From Octopus sinensis (lineage: Eukaryota), in assembly GCF_006345805.1 (NCBI RefSeq), contig NC_043005.1, positions 72,912,001-72,976,000 of the forward strand: a stretch of 64,000 nucleotides of DNA. Direction: 5' to 3'. A program made the translations under genes and the position numbers. Shown piece after piece: positions 26,091 to 38,937 of this stretch (its first letter is position 1; every line of letters begins with the position of its first letter). Under the pieces are notes generated by a model that did no database searches, had not been told where the DNA came from, and saw only the letters and a program-made list of their open reading frames with translations.

Positions 26091-26416
26091 AAGTTAAGAC
26101 GAACTGTGAACTTTGATCTATCAACACGGGAACTGTGGATCTAGTACGAACTATCTCACTTGCTCAGGCCGTTACTATTTATATGTAGTGATCCACTCTA
26201 TACTTGCCAGAGGCGTTGTACTCTTGCACTTTACACACATACTAACACACATATACATGTACCCATGTGCCAGTACATGCACATATATACATATATGCAG
26301 AGGTATATGCCCATATATAAACACACAGGCACACACACAGGTATACACACGTATGCAACCATACATATATATGTGTATAGAGATGGACACAGGTGCATGG
26401 GAACATGTTTCTGTGC

Positions 26417-26523
26417 ATGCATACATACATACATACATACATACATACATACATACACATACATACATACATACACACATACATACATACATACATACAT
26501 ACATACATACATACATACATACA

Positions 26524-26555
<32 letters not shown>

Positions 26556-26556
26556 C
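26417..26556. repeat. (CATA)n tetranucleotide repeat
   Basis: Directly visible repeat. Confidence 0.95.
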
Positions 26557-27039
26557 ATATTCTCGTATAGTCATGGAAACTAAGTAGGGTGGAAGGTTTA
26601 GTGATGAGGACCAGAAGTGCCAAATGCATAAATGTCAGATAGGCTCATTCTGTTTTTGACCACCAATATAGTCTAGGGTTATTAGATAACCAGAAAAGAG
26701 GATAGTAAAAATGGTTTTAAAAATAATGAAGAAGCCTTCAGATAATAACCCTTACAATAGAGAATGTGATAAGTCAAGCGCTGGGTGAAATTTAAGGTTC
26801 AACTGGTTATAATGGTGTTCGGTATGGACGCAAATAACATTAAAAGATTAAATTTTGAAACATTAGTGAAAATGTATGTTTATTGGAAATACATAAATAA
26901 AATTATCACCGGATTCTAGCAGAGTGAATTATAAAGTCTAAGGACGAAGTAGACATAGTAATAATGAACAATACATGCCATAATTGATGATAGAATAAAG
27001 AAATCTAGTTCAGGAATTTCAAGAGAAGGATTAGTCGAT

Positions 27040-27200
27040 TGCATCAAATCCCAGAGATCTAGTGGTTCTTATTTTATCGACCCCGAAAGGATGAAGGGCA
27101 AAGTCGACCTCGGCGGAGTTCGAACGCAGATCATAAAGTTGGATGAAATGCTGCTAAGCATTTTACTCGGCTTACTAACGGGTCTGTCAGCTCATACCCC
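27040..27200 (-). mobile_element. Degraded SINE family B
   Basis: atcgaccccgaaaggatgaagggcaaagtcgacctcggcgg is the reverse complement of the family B core. Confidence 0.8.
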
Positions 27201-27482
27201 TTAATGAGCCCTCACTAAAGAAACAAATTGTCTCACTTCTCCCCAGATATAAGCGATACTTAGCTGGAGCCCACAACGTTGTACCATTTGCTGGAACATA
27301 CTATGACTGAGGATCTCTTCTGGTGAAAACACAACCTTAACATATCTAGGACTGAATCCAACAGCAGAGGCTGGCTTTCGTCAGCGCAAAACAATATATC
27401 AGTATCCAATAATTACTGATTCTTTACAAAACTCGCTCCTTTATATACATAGAGAGAGGGAGAGAGAGAGAGAAAGAGAAAG

Positions 27483-27518
<36 letters not shown>

Positions 27519-28936
27519 GCATGTATGTATATATAATATGCAGAAGCTTATGGCGTAGTGGTTAGGGTATTGGATTCAAGTTTGTGAGATTAGGATTTCG
27601 ATAACTGGACCGGGCAATGCGTTGTTTTCTTGAGCAAAACACTTCATTTCATTTTTGCTCCTGTTCCCTCAGCTGGCAAAAACGATAAATCCTATGATGT
27701 CCCGTCCAAAGAGGAATATATTCGCTGGCCATATGAGTCTACATGGATGACGATAAAGGTGCTGCTGTTATTCATGCATAAAGACGTTCAAACAAGGACT
27801 ACACGATTCATTTATATCGGGTCACGAAGGACACGCTCCAACATCTAGTACACAGACATGTTGTCTCGTTTCTCTGTTCTTTTCTATTGCCGTTATAATG
27901 GCCTCCGTTCTTCAGAACTGGCAGAGTTGCGCCTCCTCCATTCAGACACCTCGACCTATTCGTCTTTCCATCTCTCGTTACTCTTATGCTGAACCGTAAT
28001 TCAGTTCTCGTATTAATACTATTTCTATGACTTTTTTTATTCCCAGGACATCAGCACTCTGGAAAATTCGCTTGCTTGTATCTTTCTTGTAGGTGTTCTA
28101 CTGGAAAAAGTTTAAGTGAACTATTAACGGCATCAAACTCACTAGTCTCAGAGTTTCTGCAAACATCATTAGCACAGCCCTTTCCTTAGTCAGTAAAGAA
28201 ACAGAAAAATTAAGTTATCCCGTTGGATCGCCTCAGATAATTTTCCAACTGAAAGACGAACATCGACATTCGTACTTGTTACCATAACATTAAAATAAGA
28301 AGTGAAGCATAGAAGTTGGTAATGTCTAAATGTGAATTAAGAGGGGGTAAAGAGTAAAAAAGAAAAAAAAAAAGAAACGGCAGATGCGTTAAATATGCAC
28401 TCAACGAAGGCTATTTCTAAAAATAAATTCTTCGGTTGTTTTAGCAGGATTCCCAATATACACAAGCTGTCCAAGGAAACACTATATTTTAACAAAATGC
28501 TGCGAATGTGACTGAATACCAATTTTCTGCTTTTTTCTTGAACGCCATTTACATTAACCAAATTATTGAGGTGTATTTTATAAGGAATTTGCAAAACAAT
28601 GAAGGTATAGAAAATATATATATTTCAAGAAATAAATGTAAATTGTAAAATATTCAAATTACGAAAGTTAGTATGAAGAAGTAAGTCGAAACTGAAAACT
28701 TGTGATGGCCTACACATCGACTGAAATGTGCTCTATTTTGCACATGGTTCTTTTAAAATTAATGTCATTCGCTTCAGAAGAACAACATTACGGATAGATA
28801 AAGAACAATCTTTACGTGTGTATGTATGTGTGTATGTATATATGTATGTATGTATGTGTGTATGTATGTATGTGTGTATGTATGTATGTATGTATGCATT
28901 TGTGTATGGGTGTGTGTGTGTATGTATGTATGTATG

Positions 28937-28974
<38 letters not shown>

Positions 28975-28979
28975 TAGAT

Positions 28980-29040
<61 letters not shown>

Positions 29041-29529
29041 TAATATTATATTATAAAATAAGAGCAGGAAAATTGCATCAAAGAATCATCACAGAAGATA
29101 TACATCCAAAATAATATTGTATTAATAAATAGATGTATAAATGTATGATTATTTAAAAAGATTAAAAGTTTAAAATATCTTATGGAATCTAAAATTGATA
29201 ATCATTATTAGGCAATAATGACTACTTAATAAGTCGTCAGAGAGAAAGAGGGTGAATTTCTGTGTAGTCAATCGAATGCTATCTAAAAATATATGAAAAA
29301 GATGTTGTTTAAAAGTTACTGGCGCAGATATGCGTTGGTACAATCTTGTGCTAAAAATTTTGAAGAAATAATATACATCCGTGGTAAAATCCTCTCCGGT
29401 AATCCATATTGGCTGTGTGTAATATAAATCTCATAATTCTGTTCTCTTCAATGTGTGATCCATAAATGCAGAGAATAAAAGAACTTTTATTTTCTGAATT
29501 TATGGATAACACATACATACAAACATATG

Positions 29530-29626
<97 letters not shown>

Positions 29627-29999
29627 GTGAATGGAAGAAATGGAGTTGAACGAAGATTGTACAGAATTCCTTTTATTACATTCTACACATGTTTCAAAGG
29701 CCACAATTTTCCAAATTCTGATTAAATATATATATATGTATGTATGTATCGTTTCTCTTTGTGTTCGACGTCCCTTTGGTGTCCTGTACTCATATATGCG
29801 TGTATATGTACATGTAGAGGTAGGTACGTACATATATGTTTATATATATGCATATGTTTTATTTCATTTATTAATATATATATATATATATATAATATAT
29901 ATATATATATATAAAGGAATGTTGGAAGCATAGAACTAAACATATGAACATAGGTGACTCAAGGTCCAAGACTTTTGTGCGTTGGCATATATATATATA

Positions 30000-30562
30000 T
30001 ATGCTCGTCAAATCTGAGGACTTGTCGTGTCCCCAAAACTTGTACTGACAGTGATAAAAATCAAGCATCCAGTCAACACGGAGGCCAACACCAAATGCCT
30101 GGAGAAGGTAGTGCTGCTCTGGCTCAAGAGAGTGGGTGCTAGAAGACCATATGTCTGGCAACAGGACTCTGCACCATGGCACACAAGTAGGAGAATCCAG
30201 TCGTAGCTGCGACCACACCACCTTTAATATCTGGCTACCTAACTCCCAAGACTGCAACCCCCTTCATTATTATGTGTGGAGCGCAGTTGAACGAGAGACC
30301 AATAACACTCCTTGTAACACCAAATACGAATTGAAGCAAGGATTATGGTAGCATTCAGCAACTTAAACAAGAAGACTGTCGAGAAGATTCCGAAGTCGTC
30401 TGGAGGCCATGGTTGAAGCCAATGGCGATTTTATTGAATAAATCTATTCTTTAGTATTTCAAGATACTTTTATGTAGTTTTGGTAAGAATATCTGTCAAA
30501 ACGAGATGTCATTATTTTCCTTTTTGCGTAATTTACACGTAAGTTTGTTCACTGAACTTTGT
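30000..30562 (+). mobile_element. Tc1/mariner 3' remnant (same superfamily as 47608-48796)
   Basis: RPYVWQQDSAPWH...IWLPNSQDCNPLHYYVWSAVE...FRSRLEAMVEANGDFIE*; ends at a TA dinucleotide. Confidence 0.8.
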
Positions 30563-30660
30563 ATATACATACAAGTGTGCATATGTAATTCTTGGTCATA
30601 TACATGGAAAGATACGTATTCTTACATACATGTATGTATATATACCTTCATATATATGAA

Positions 30661-30766
<106 letters not shown>

Positions 30767-31193
30767 CTTATCTACCTCAACATGTATATATATATATATG
30801 CATGTATACATTCATATATAGATATAAACTTTTGTGAGTGAACAAACGAAAGAAAGTTGCCCTCAGCACATTTGCTTGGACTTATATGCATTGGAGGTGT
30901 TCGAATCAGCTCTACATTATTAAAGTTTCGTGGGCGTAGGAAATATCCTTCTCGCTAGGTTTCGTGCAGTTGACGAGATGAAATTGTCCTGCTCCCACGA
31001 AATCTAAATGATGTAAAATTGAGCGAAACTTATTAAATATATAGGCGTATTTGTGTTTATGCATATGTATATATTATATATACACCCATATATATAATAT
31101 ATAATACCCGCCTCCCATATATATATATATATATAAAGATATATATATATATGTATATACAAAGCAATTAAGGGTGAGTATTTGTGAGTATAC

Positions 31194-31485
31194 ATATATA
31201 TACGTGTGTATCGTTGGCGATTTTATTTTCTCTGTCTTGTCTTCTCTGGATCTTTCCTTCTCCTATGTTTCCGACGAAGACCTCCGCTAGAAACGCTAAA
31301 CCCTCCTCCTTTCCTTCTTTCCTGAGCGTCCAATAATACTATATTTGTTCCGCGTCCTCGCGATGTTGTGTCTTTTTGTGCTTTCTTGTTTGGATTAACG
31401 ATATATGTATATACATATAACAATGAAGATCCAGAGAAGACAAGACAGAGAAAATAAAATCGCCAACGATACACACGTATATATA
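31194..31485. mobile_element. MITE-like fold-back with about 60-bp inverted arms
   Basis: tatacgtgtgtatcgttggcgattttattttctctgtcttgtcttctctggatctt versus aagatccagagaagacaagacagagaaaataaaatcgccaacgatacacacgtata. Confidence 0.85.
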
Positions 31486-31975
31486 TGTATACTCACAAAT
31501 ACATATAAACACAGGCAAATATTTACATCGACGTAAGCGTACATATACACAAAATAAGTAAAAGCATATTACTACATCAAAGTGAACATATTTTGTTTGC
31601 GAGACATCATTATTTCGAAAAAAAAAAAAGAAAAAACCTCGATCTATGAATAGCAATAATGAAAAGGACACTTGATGTTAAATATACAAAAGGTTGCTAC
31701 ATGAACATCGCAACTGTCTAATCATCTATTACTTGTCTTAGCTGGATGTCGCTTCCCTGAGATAATGAAGCATATGTTATTCATGTAATTTAGTTGAGGG
31801 CACCGAAACAAGTGGAAAATAATACCCAACAATCCATAATTTTGCAACGACTCATTTCATTGAATTTTGTGTAACTTTGTTTTATAGTATATCTAAGTAG
31901 ATAAGCGTATATACTACTATTTGGCGAGCTAGATTCGATGATATGTGCATTCATGTGTATGTGCTGATATATATG

Positions 31976-32069
<94 letters not shown>

Positions 32070-32748
32070 TGTATGTATGTATGTATAAATGTATATATAT
32101 AATATATATATATATATATAAAAGAATAAGGGTATCAGGGATTTACTTCACTGGTGATCTAAACGAATAGATACGCTGTGTAAGTGCTATAACTGGTCAT
32201 CCGTTAGGTTCCAAGTTAACAGCTGAGGCTGGAGCTAGGGATCCGTAGTATCTCAAGTCATTTAGAATTACTTAAGATACTTATGATACTTGTCCTGCCT
32301 TGGTTTTTGTTGTCCTTTCCCTCTAATATATATACATATAATGTTACTCAAACACATATGAGGTGTGCTGGCATTTTTTAGGCATGAGTGAAACCAACGA
32401 TTTTCAGGTCTAACCATAGCCGATTTATGAATGAAAATGTCAGCGGCGTCGTAGGGCTGGCGGAGAAGTTGGCCTCATTAGCAATTGAATACAAACAGTA
32501 AAGATCATGAATGGTTTTATACACACACACATACACGTACATATATAATTTCTGTGTGTGTATATATGCGTGTGTATGTCTCTGTACGTTTGTGGGTATG
32601 TAGGAAGCAAAACATCCGTTGCGTTAAGCATATTGAAAGCAAAGAAGAAAATGTGATGAAAGTCTTATGACTGTTTATGTGATTTTATAATCTACCGGTT
32701 TCACTTTCTGAATGATATTCATAACTGTAATTAATGATGCTGGTTTAA

Positions 32749-35238
32749 CCAGTTTACGGCAGTGATTCATTCGGTTTGCCTGCGCACGACAACAGTGATC
32801 GCGCCGATTGAAATCAGTAGTTAGTGCGAGATAACGATCGGCGTATATTTACGTTAATCGTTTTAGCGCAAGTGTTGTTTATTTACCAAAGCTATATCCC
32901 TAGGCAGGACATCCATGCGGTATTATTCCTGAATAAGATCATTCGACAGCACGTCAGATCAACTTCATGTATTTACAATCACGCGAATTCAAAAATTGAC
33001 TTTGGTAGAGTTCAAAACGGGGTACCACACACAGTTGCACATCACACTGAACAATGGTATCTAGTTTCGTTATGTTTTCCTTTTGCTTTACATATTGTGC
33101 ATCTATTTGAAGCATTTTTCCTCTTGACGTTGGTGGGAAACAGTCGGGGAAAATGTCCACGTTCCTTCATCATGCAGTGAAGAGAAAGTCCGGCGTGGGG
33201 ACGTCTACGCGTTCTGTATTTTGGCAGGTCTGATGCTTCTATCATTTCACGGAACAATAGATTGCTGAATGTCAATCCATCCCTCACACCACCAAAAATC
33301 TGCTAAATCAAGTGTGACATCACGACACACATGTCAACTATATACGAGAAAATGTTTTGTACCATTTCACAAATTTTCTCGCCGATTTGTGAGTCGTTGC
33401 CAGCTGATTTGAGCGATGGACCCTCCGCACCCATCTCTTTATTGTGTGAATCAACTACACTCGGTTTCCTCATGGCATTACCATCCACATAATTTTTCTT
33501 AGTGTCCTTCATTCTTGTAGAATACACTGCAGATAACATGCTGATGTTTTTCTTGTCATGTCACACTAGAGCGAGAATGCCACTATCGGTGCATCGGTAC
33601 GCTTTTTCCCCCTTTCGAATTTTTTCTTGTGAAGATCGGGTGGCATGTTTTTCCTGTACATCCTCACAGTCCCACAGGCATTATTCTCTTCGCCTGAAGC
33701 TGCAAGAAGAGGTCTGGACTGGAAAACCTGTTGACCATATAAATATTGTAGCATTTGTCAAACAACTGTTCATTCAGCGACAGCACACCATCAGTGACGC
33801 TAGGGTAGGTGCTGGAAGATCCAATCTGTTCTGACCAACAAGAGTAGATTTTATAATTCCACATGTACCCACAGGTTCTGTAAGTTGACTGGTATACTTT
33901 ATAAACCCTGACTCCAAAGTGGGGTATTATTTGAATTGGGGTCTTCCCTTGAATTCCTCACCCCCGCCGTCCGTACAAATGTCCTTTGTGGGAACATACA
34001 CCGTTCTGAAATTTTCAACCACTTCGTCAACGATATGACGTGTTTTGTGCTGCCTGTTATCCTGGTTCTCGCCTGAACTGAAATGTAGATTTCGAATAAG
34101 CACCAAAAATCGATCACGGGACATCGTTTCCGGAAAGAAAGGTGTCTACATGGCTTGATCCCGATTCTAATATGGCACCAGGGTCAGTTTCTTTACGATA
34201 ACCATTAGCATCAGCAGGGAAAGCAGAACTTTGATTTCGTGCCCTGTGGTTGTAAACCAATCGCTGCCATGCCCAGGTTTGACTTGCTGGGGATGGTTTT
34301 TAACATAGACATCCGTTTCATCCGCTAAATACTGGAACATTTAATCCGTTAAAAACTCGTGGAAGATTTCTAGTAGCGAACTTCCATGTTCAAGGTTTGC
34401 CTTCATGCCAGCGTACCAGCAAACCCATGCCGTCGGACGAAATTGTCTCTCGCTCACCACACGAAATTCTGTTGTCAAGGCTCACACACTGCTGCCCGCC
34501 TTTGCCTTTTATTCCCCGTAGTATCATCATCGCTATCTGAACTAGGAAAATACTCACTCTCCGAGTCATCGTCTGAATCGGAAGAAACAACTGGTGCAGT
34601 GGTGAAGCTTGGCGCGACGACCGTAAATTCGATGAAACAAGATGCGACGATCGTAAATTCGATGAAACAAGACGCGCCGGCGAAGTTGGCAGAGTCGGAG
34701 TAGCAAGACGCGACGACAGACGACAATGCTGAAAGAACCGGAGTAGTAGAAAGTGAAGAAGCAGGAGTGGTACGACGTGATGACGAATGCAATGAAGCTG
34801 GTGTAGTGGAACCTAATGAAGAAGTCGCTGTGGCAGGAGGCAACAGTAAATTTCGTGCAGGACCAGAAGATTCAGCGACAGCAAAATCCCTGCGAGCACT
34901 TGCAGTACGAGATGATGAACGTAGATTGGTTTTTAAGTTGATTGGAAGCTATATAACTAATGTCGTATAATCACCAAAACTAAAGCTTATATAGAAATAA
35001 AGAGTACATCTGGGCTGTAAATATTTACAGAAAACATCTAACTAGTCTATCGGGTTGTAAATATTTACATGAAATACCTAATCGGCATATCTGTTGGCAG
35101 ATGGACCGGTACCAACTCAGGCGACAGGTTCTAAATCAGGTGATAGGTTCTAAGACAGGCGGCGTATAATTACGTCGGCCGATTCAATGTATGTACATAC
35201 ATTGCGTGCGTAAATTTACGTCAACTGTTTTAAAAGGG
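32749..35238 (-). mobile_element. piggyBac element, about 2.5 kb, with pseudogenised transposase (about 34960-32990)
   Basis: TTAA at 32745-48 and 35239-42 with degenerate CC..TTTA...CAGT ends; MSRDRFLVLIRNLHF, FKGR, GYMWNYKIY, GTVRMYRKNMP, KPSVV..HNKEMG and a C-terminal Cys-rich RCTIC...HC..C...C motif. Confidence 0.85.
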
Positions 35239-35301
35239 TTAATATCATAATTTCATAACTACGTATTGTTGGCAATGTTGTGATAATTTCATAATTTCAC
35301 G

Positions 35302-35366
<65 letters not shown>

Positions 35367-35514
35367 TATATAAAATGACAGCAACAGAAGAGATAATAAG
35401 TAATAATGTTTTCTTTGATTTACAAACTGATAGGCTAATCATGGTTGAAACGTCTTTTGACCAGAGATCTACTTGTTCAGCGTTTAAGCAATAAAGACAA
35501 TAGTATTAGTATCC

Positions 35515-35820
35515 ACGTAGAGGTACATGGCCTAGAGGTTAGAGCAGCGGACTCGCGGTGGAGGAATCGCGGGTTCGAATCTCAGACCGGGCGATGTGTG
35601 TGTTTATGACCGAAACATCTAAGCTTCACGCGGCTCCGGTAGAAGGTAATGGCGAACTTCTGTTGACTCTTTCGCCACAACTTTCTCTCACTCCTTCCTT
35701 CTGCATCTTGCAGCTCACCTGCGACGGACCGGCGCCCCGTCCAGGTGGGGAACCTATACGCCAAGGAAACCGGGAAACCGGCCCTATGAACCAGGTGTGG
35801 CTCGAGAAGGAACAAACTAA
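35515..35820 (+). mobile_element. tRNA-derived SINE, family C head with a different 3' module
   Basis: TGGCCTAGAGGttagagcagcggactcgcgg...GGTTCGAATCtcagaccgggcg; shares about 180 nt with the minus copy at 3905-4293. Confidence 0.8.
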
Positions 35821-36489
35821 CTAGTAGCAACAACTAAAATATCAAAGACAGTAGCAGCCAGAGCAGCAATAGTAGTGGAAGCAACAACAACAAATGATTG
35901 ATTAATATATTTGGTAATTGGAAGCATAAAACTGTCATTTAGAAAATAATTCTGAATGTCTGAAGGAAATTTTGCTGAGAAGGATATTAATGTCAAATTA
36001 CTGGAAAGCAGAAATTGTATTGTAAATAAAGTGACTAATGTCGTAAACAGGTTATTAACTGAAATGGAAGGATTGGCATTTTTAATCTTGTTTAGATCGT
36101 GCTCAAATTTCGTTCAGAATATACGAGCACTATAGAATGATAACCAGGCTCTTGGGGAGCGAATTTTTTGCTAAGAGATCGATACATAATTGTATCTTTA
36201 TTCAGTAACATCCCACGCGTCTGAATCAACAACAGAACTGTATATGATATCACAAGTTTAATGTTTTTTTCCTCTTCTTATGTTGGTAGTTCTGACGGAG
36301 GTTTGGGTTCTACGTCTTGTAGCTCTGCATGTATCCGCTAAACCAGTAGTTTCCAAACATTTTCTGCCTATGGAACCTTTTGATTCCTATTTTATTGAGG
36401 GGCTGGGACCGTCATAGGCATTCAACATCTAAAAACCCCTATTTTTATGACTGGATATTAAATATTGATTTCAGATTTTGGCACAAGGC

Positions 36490-36650
36490 CACTGGTATGG
36501 GGAAGGGACTAAAGTCGATTACATCGACCTAAGTGCTCAACTGGTACTTATTTTATCGATCCCGAAAGGATGAAAAGTAAAGTGGACCCCGGTGGAACTC
36601 AAAACGTAAAGAAGGACGAGGTGCCGCTAAGCATTCTGCCAGCTCACCGC
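36490..36650 (-). mobile_element. Degraded SINE family B
   Basis: ctggtacttattttatcgatcccgaaaggatgaaaag...ctgccagctcaccgc is the family B reverse complement. Confidence 0.8.
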
Positions 36651-37856
36651 GTTGATTAAATATTAAATATTATTAGGAATTGTATTAAAAATGGTTAAAT
36701 ATTTTGTGTATTCATATAAATTTTAACAAAATTTTATTTGGACTCCCAAGGGCCAAGTGGGCTGCGGTTGAGAACCATTTTGCTAAACTATAACTGCCAT
36801 ATACAGTTCTCTTGTTGATTCAGTGGCGTGGGGTGTTACTGAACAATGATAGAACTGTGAATTGATCTCTTAGCGAAAACTTCGCCCCCCCCCCCCAACA
36901 ACCTGGTTACCATTCTATAGTGCTCGTATGATCTGAACGAAATATAAAAATGTAGGAATTAAGAAATACACACACACACACACACATACATATCCATCCA
37001 GCCATACATACACATACATATATATATTCATACATACATACATACACGCAAACACACAAGTACACACACACACACACACACCTACGCACAAACGGACACA
37101 CAAATAAAATGAATCAAATATAGCTGTGTTAAAATACGGATAAATACTGTCTATAATTACCTGTTACCATATCTGGACATCTGTCGCAGAAAGCTAAGGT
37201 GAGAATGTAAAGTACAAACTAGAATAGAATCTCTAAAACAAAGAAGAAGGAAAAAAAGAACAAAAAACTTGTTTAAAAAAGATTTTCTTAGTAATTAGGC
37301 TAATCATAGTGTGAAAGTATGTTGTGTACGTGATTAATTACAACAGCATTATGTGGCAAGATTTAAACAGTTATTAGGGATAAATCGTTATCATTATAAT
37401 GCATAGACCACAAATAAATTAGTCACTGGTCATCACTGTAGAGACAATTCTCGTATTCAAGTAATATATTACCCTGACAGTGTAATCCTGCGCGCGATGA
37501 GTTTAAATTTAATGTAAGATTCAATACTTCATATCATTCATCAACATGCAACACATTATGAGAATTAGAAACGAGGCTCTAATGACAATGCTGTCAGGTT
37601 ATGAGTGGTGGAGCCGATGTAATTTAAATTCTATATGAGAACTCCATCAGAGGTCTTGAACTCTTTTGCTAACAAATAACCTCCCATTTTGTTATATTTA
37701 TCCAAGTATGCACTTCCATTGCTTTAGTATTAGTTATCATTCAAGGTGCACACACACACACACACACATACATGTATGAATGTATATATTAATAGATAGA
37801 TAGATAGATAGAATGATAGATAGATTGATAGATACGCATACAAACACACACATGCG

Positions 37857-38017
37857 TAGGTGTGGCTGTGTGGTAAGAAGTTTGCTTCCCAACCATACGG
37901 TTCCGTGTTCAGTATCACTGCATGACAGCTTGCGCGAGTCTCTTCTATAGCCCTGGGCCAACTACAGAATTGTGAATGGATTTGACAGAGAGAATTTCTC
38001 TCTCTCTCTCTCTTTCT

Positions 38018-38082
<65 letters not shown>

Positions 38083-38292
38083 CTGTGTGTGTTGTGTTTG
38101 TCCCCTCACCATCGCATGGCAAATAATGTTGGTGTGTTTACGTCCCCGTAACTTAGCGGTTCTGCAAAAGAGCCCGATAGAAAAAGTACTAGGCTTACAA
38201 AGAATAAGTTATGGGGTCAATTTATTCGATTGAAAGGCGGTTCTCCAGTATGGCCGCAGTCAAATGAACGAAACAAGTAAAAGAGTAAAGAG
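37857..38292 (+). mobile_element. SINE family A (diverged)
   Basis: taggtgtggctgtgtggtaag head through cagtcaaatgaacgaaacaagtaaaagagtaaagag tail. Confidence 0.85.
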
Positions 38293-38532
38293 TATATATA
38301 AATATATAATATATTAATAAATAAAGCATATGCGTATATATATACATATATGTACGCACCTACCTCTACATGTATATATACACACATATATGAGTACAGG
38401 ACACCAAAAAACGTCGAACACAATGAGAAACGAAAACATAGACACAAACACAAGGAACTGGACATTTTTCTTAAACAACAAAAAAATAGAGTACAGGACA
38501 AATAACACAAGGAAAAAAACCCTTCTTCAGTC

Positions 38533-38571
<39 letters not shown>

Positions 38572-38682
38572 GTATATATAAGGAGAGAGAGAGAGAGAGA
38601 GAGACAGAGAGACAGAGAGAGACAGAGAGAGAGACAGAGACAGACAGACAGAAATATATATACAGTGATTCTTTGAGTATCG

Positions 38683-38760
38683 CGGGTGTTACGTTCCCGA
38701 ACTCCTCGTGATAGGTGAAAATCCGCGATAAGTGAATTGCGATATGGCGAGAGATTACTC
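38683..38760. mobile_element. Tigger/pogo-like miniature remnant
   Basis: TA-cagtgattctttgagtatcgcggg left end and gcgatatggcgagagattactc right end; related to 55290-55518. Confidence 0.55.
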
Positions 38761-38813
38761 TCTCTCTCTCTCTCATCTCTCTCTCCCTATATAATTTATA
38801 TATATATACATAT

Positions 38814-38937
38814 ATGAGAGGGAATCCACTAAAAGTGAACTCCCCTACGCTAGGTTCAATGTGTACTAAATTTTTTCTTGAGAACAACTTTTAGTGGCTA
38901 GCGTAAGGGAGTTCACTTTTAGTGGATTCCCTCTCAT
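38814..38937. repeat. 40-bp inverted repeat with 44-nt spacer
   Basis: Arms 38814-38853 and 38898-38937, one mismatch. Confidence 0.9.

Noticed and set aside
31742-32186. Possible exons at cttag-CTGGATGTCGC... (31742) and the gtaagt donor at 32181
   Set aside because: The first has only a weak donor and no recognisable domain; the second has stops in all frames upstream.
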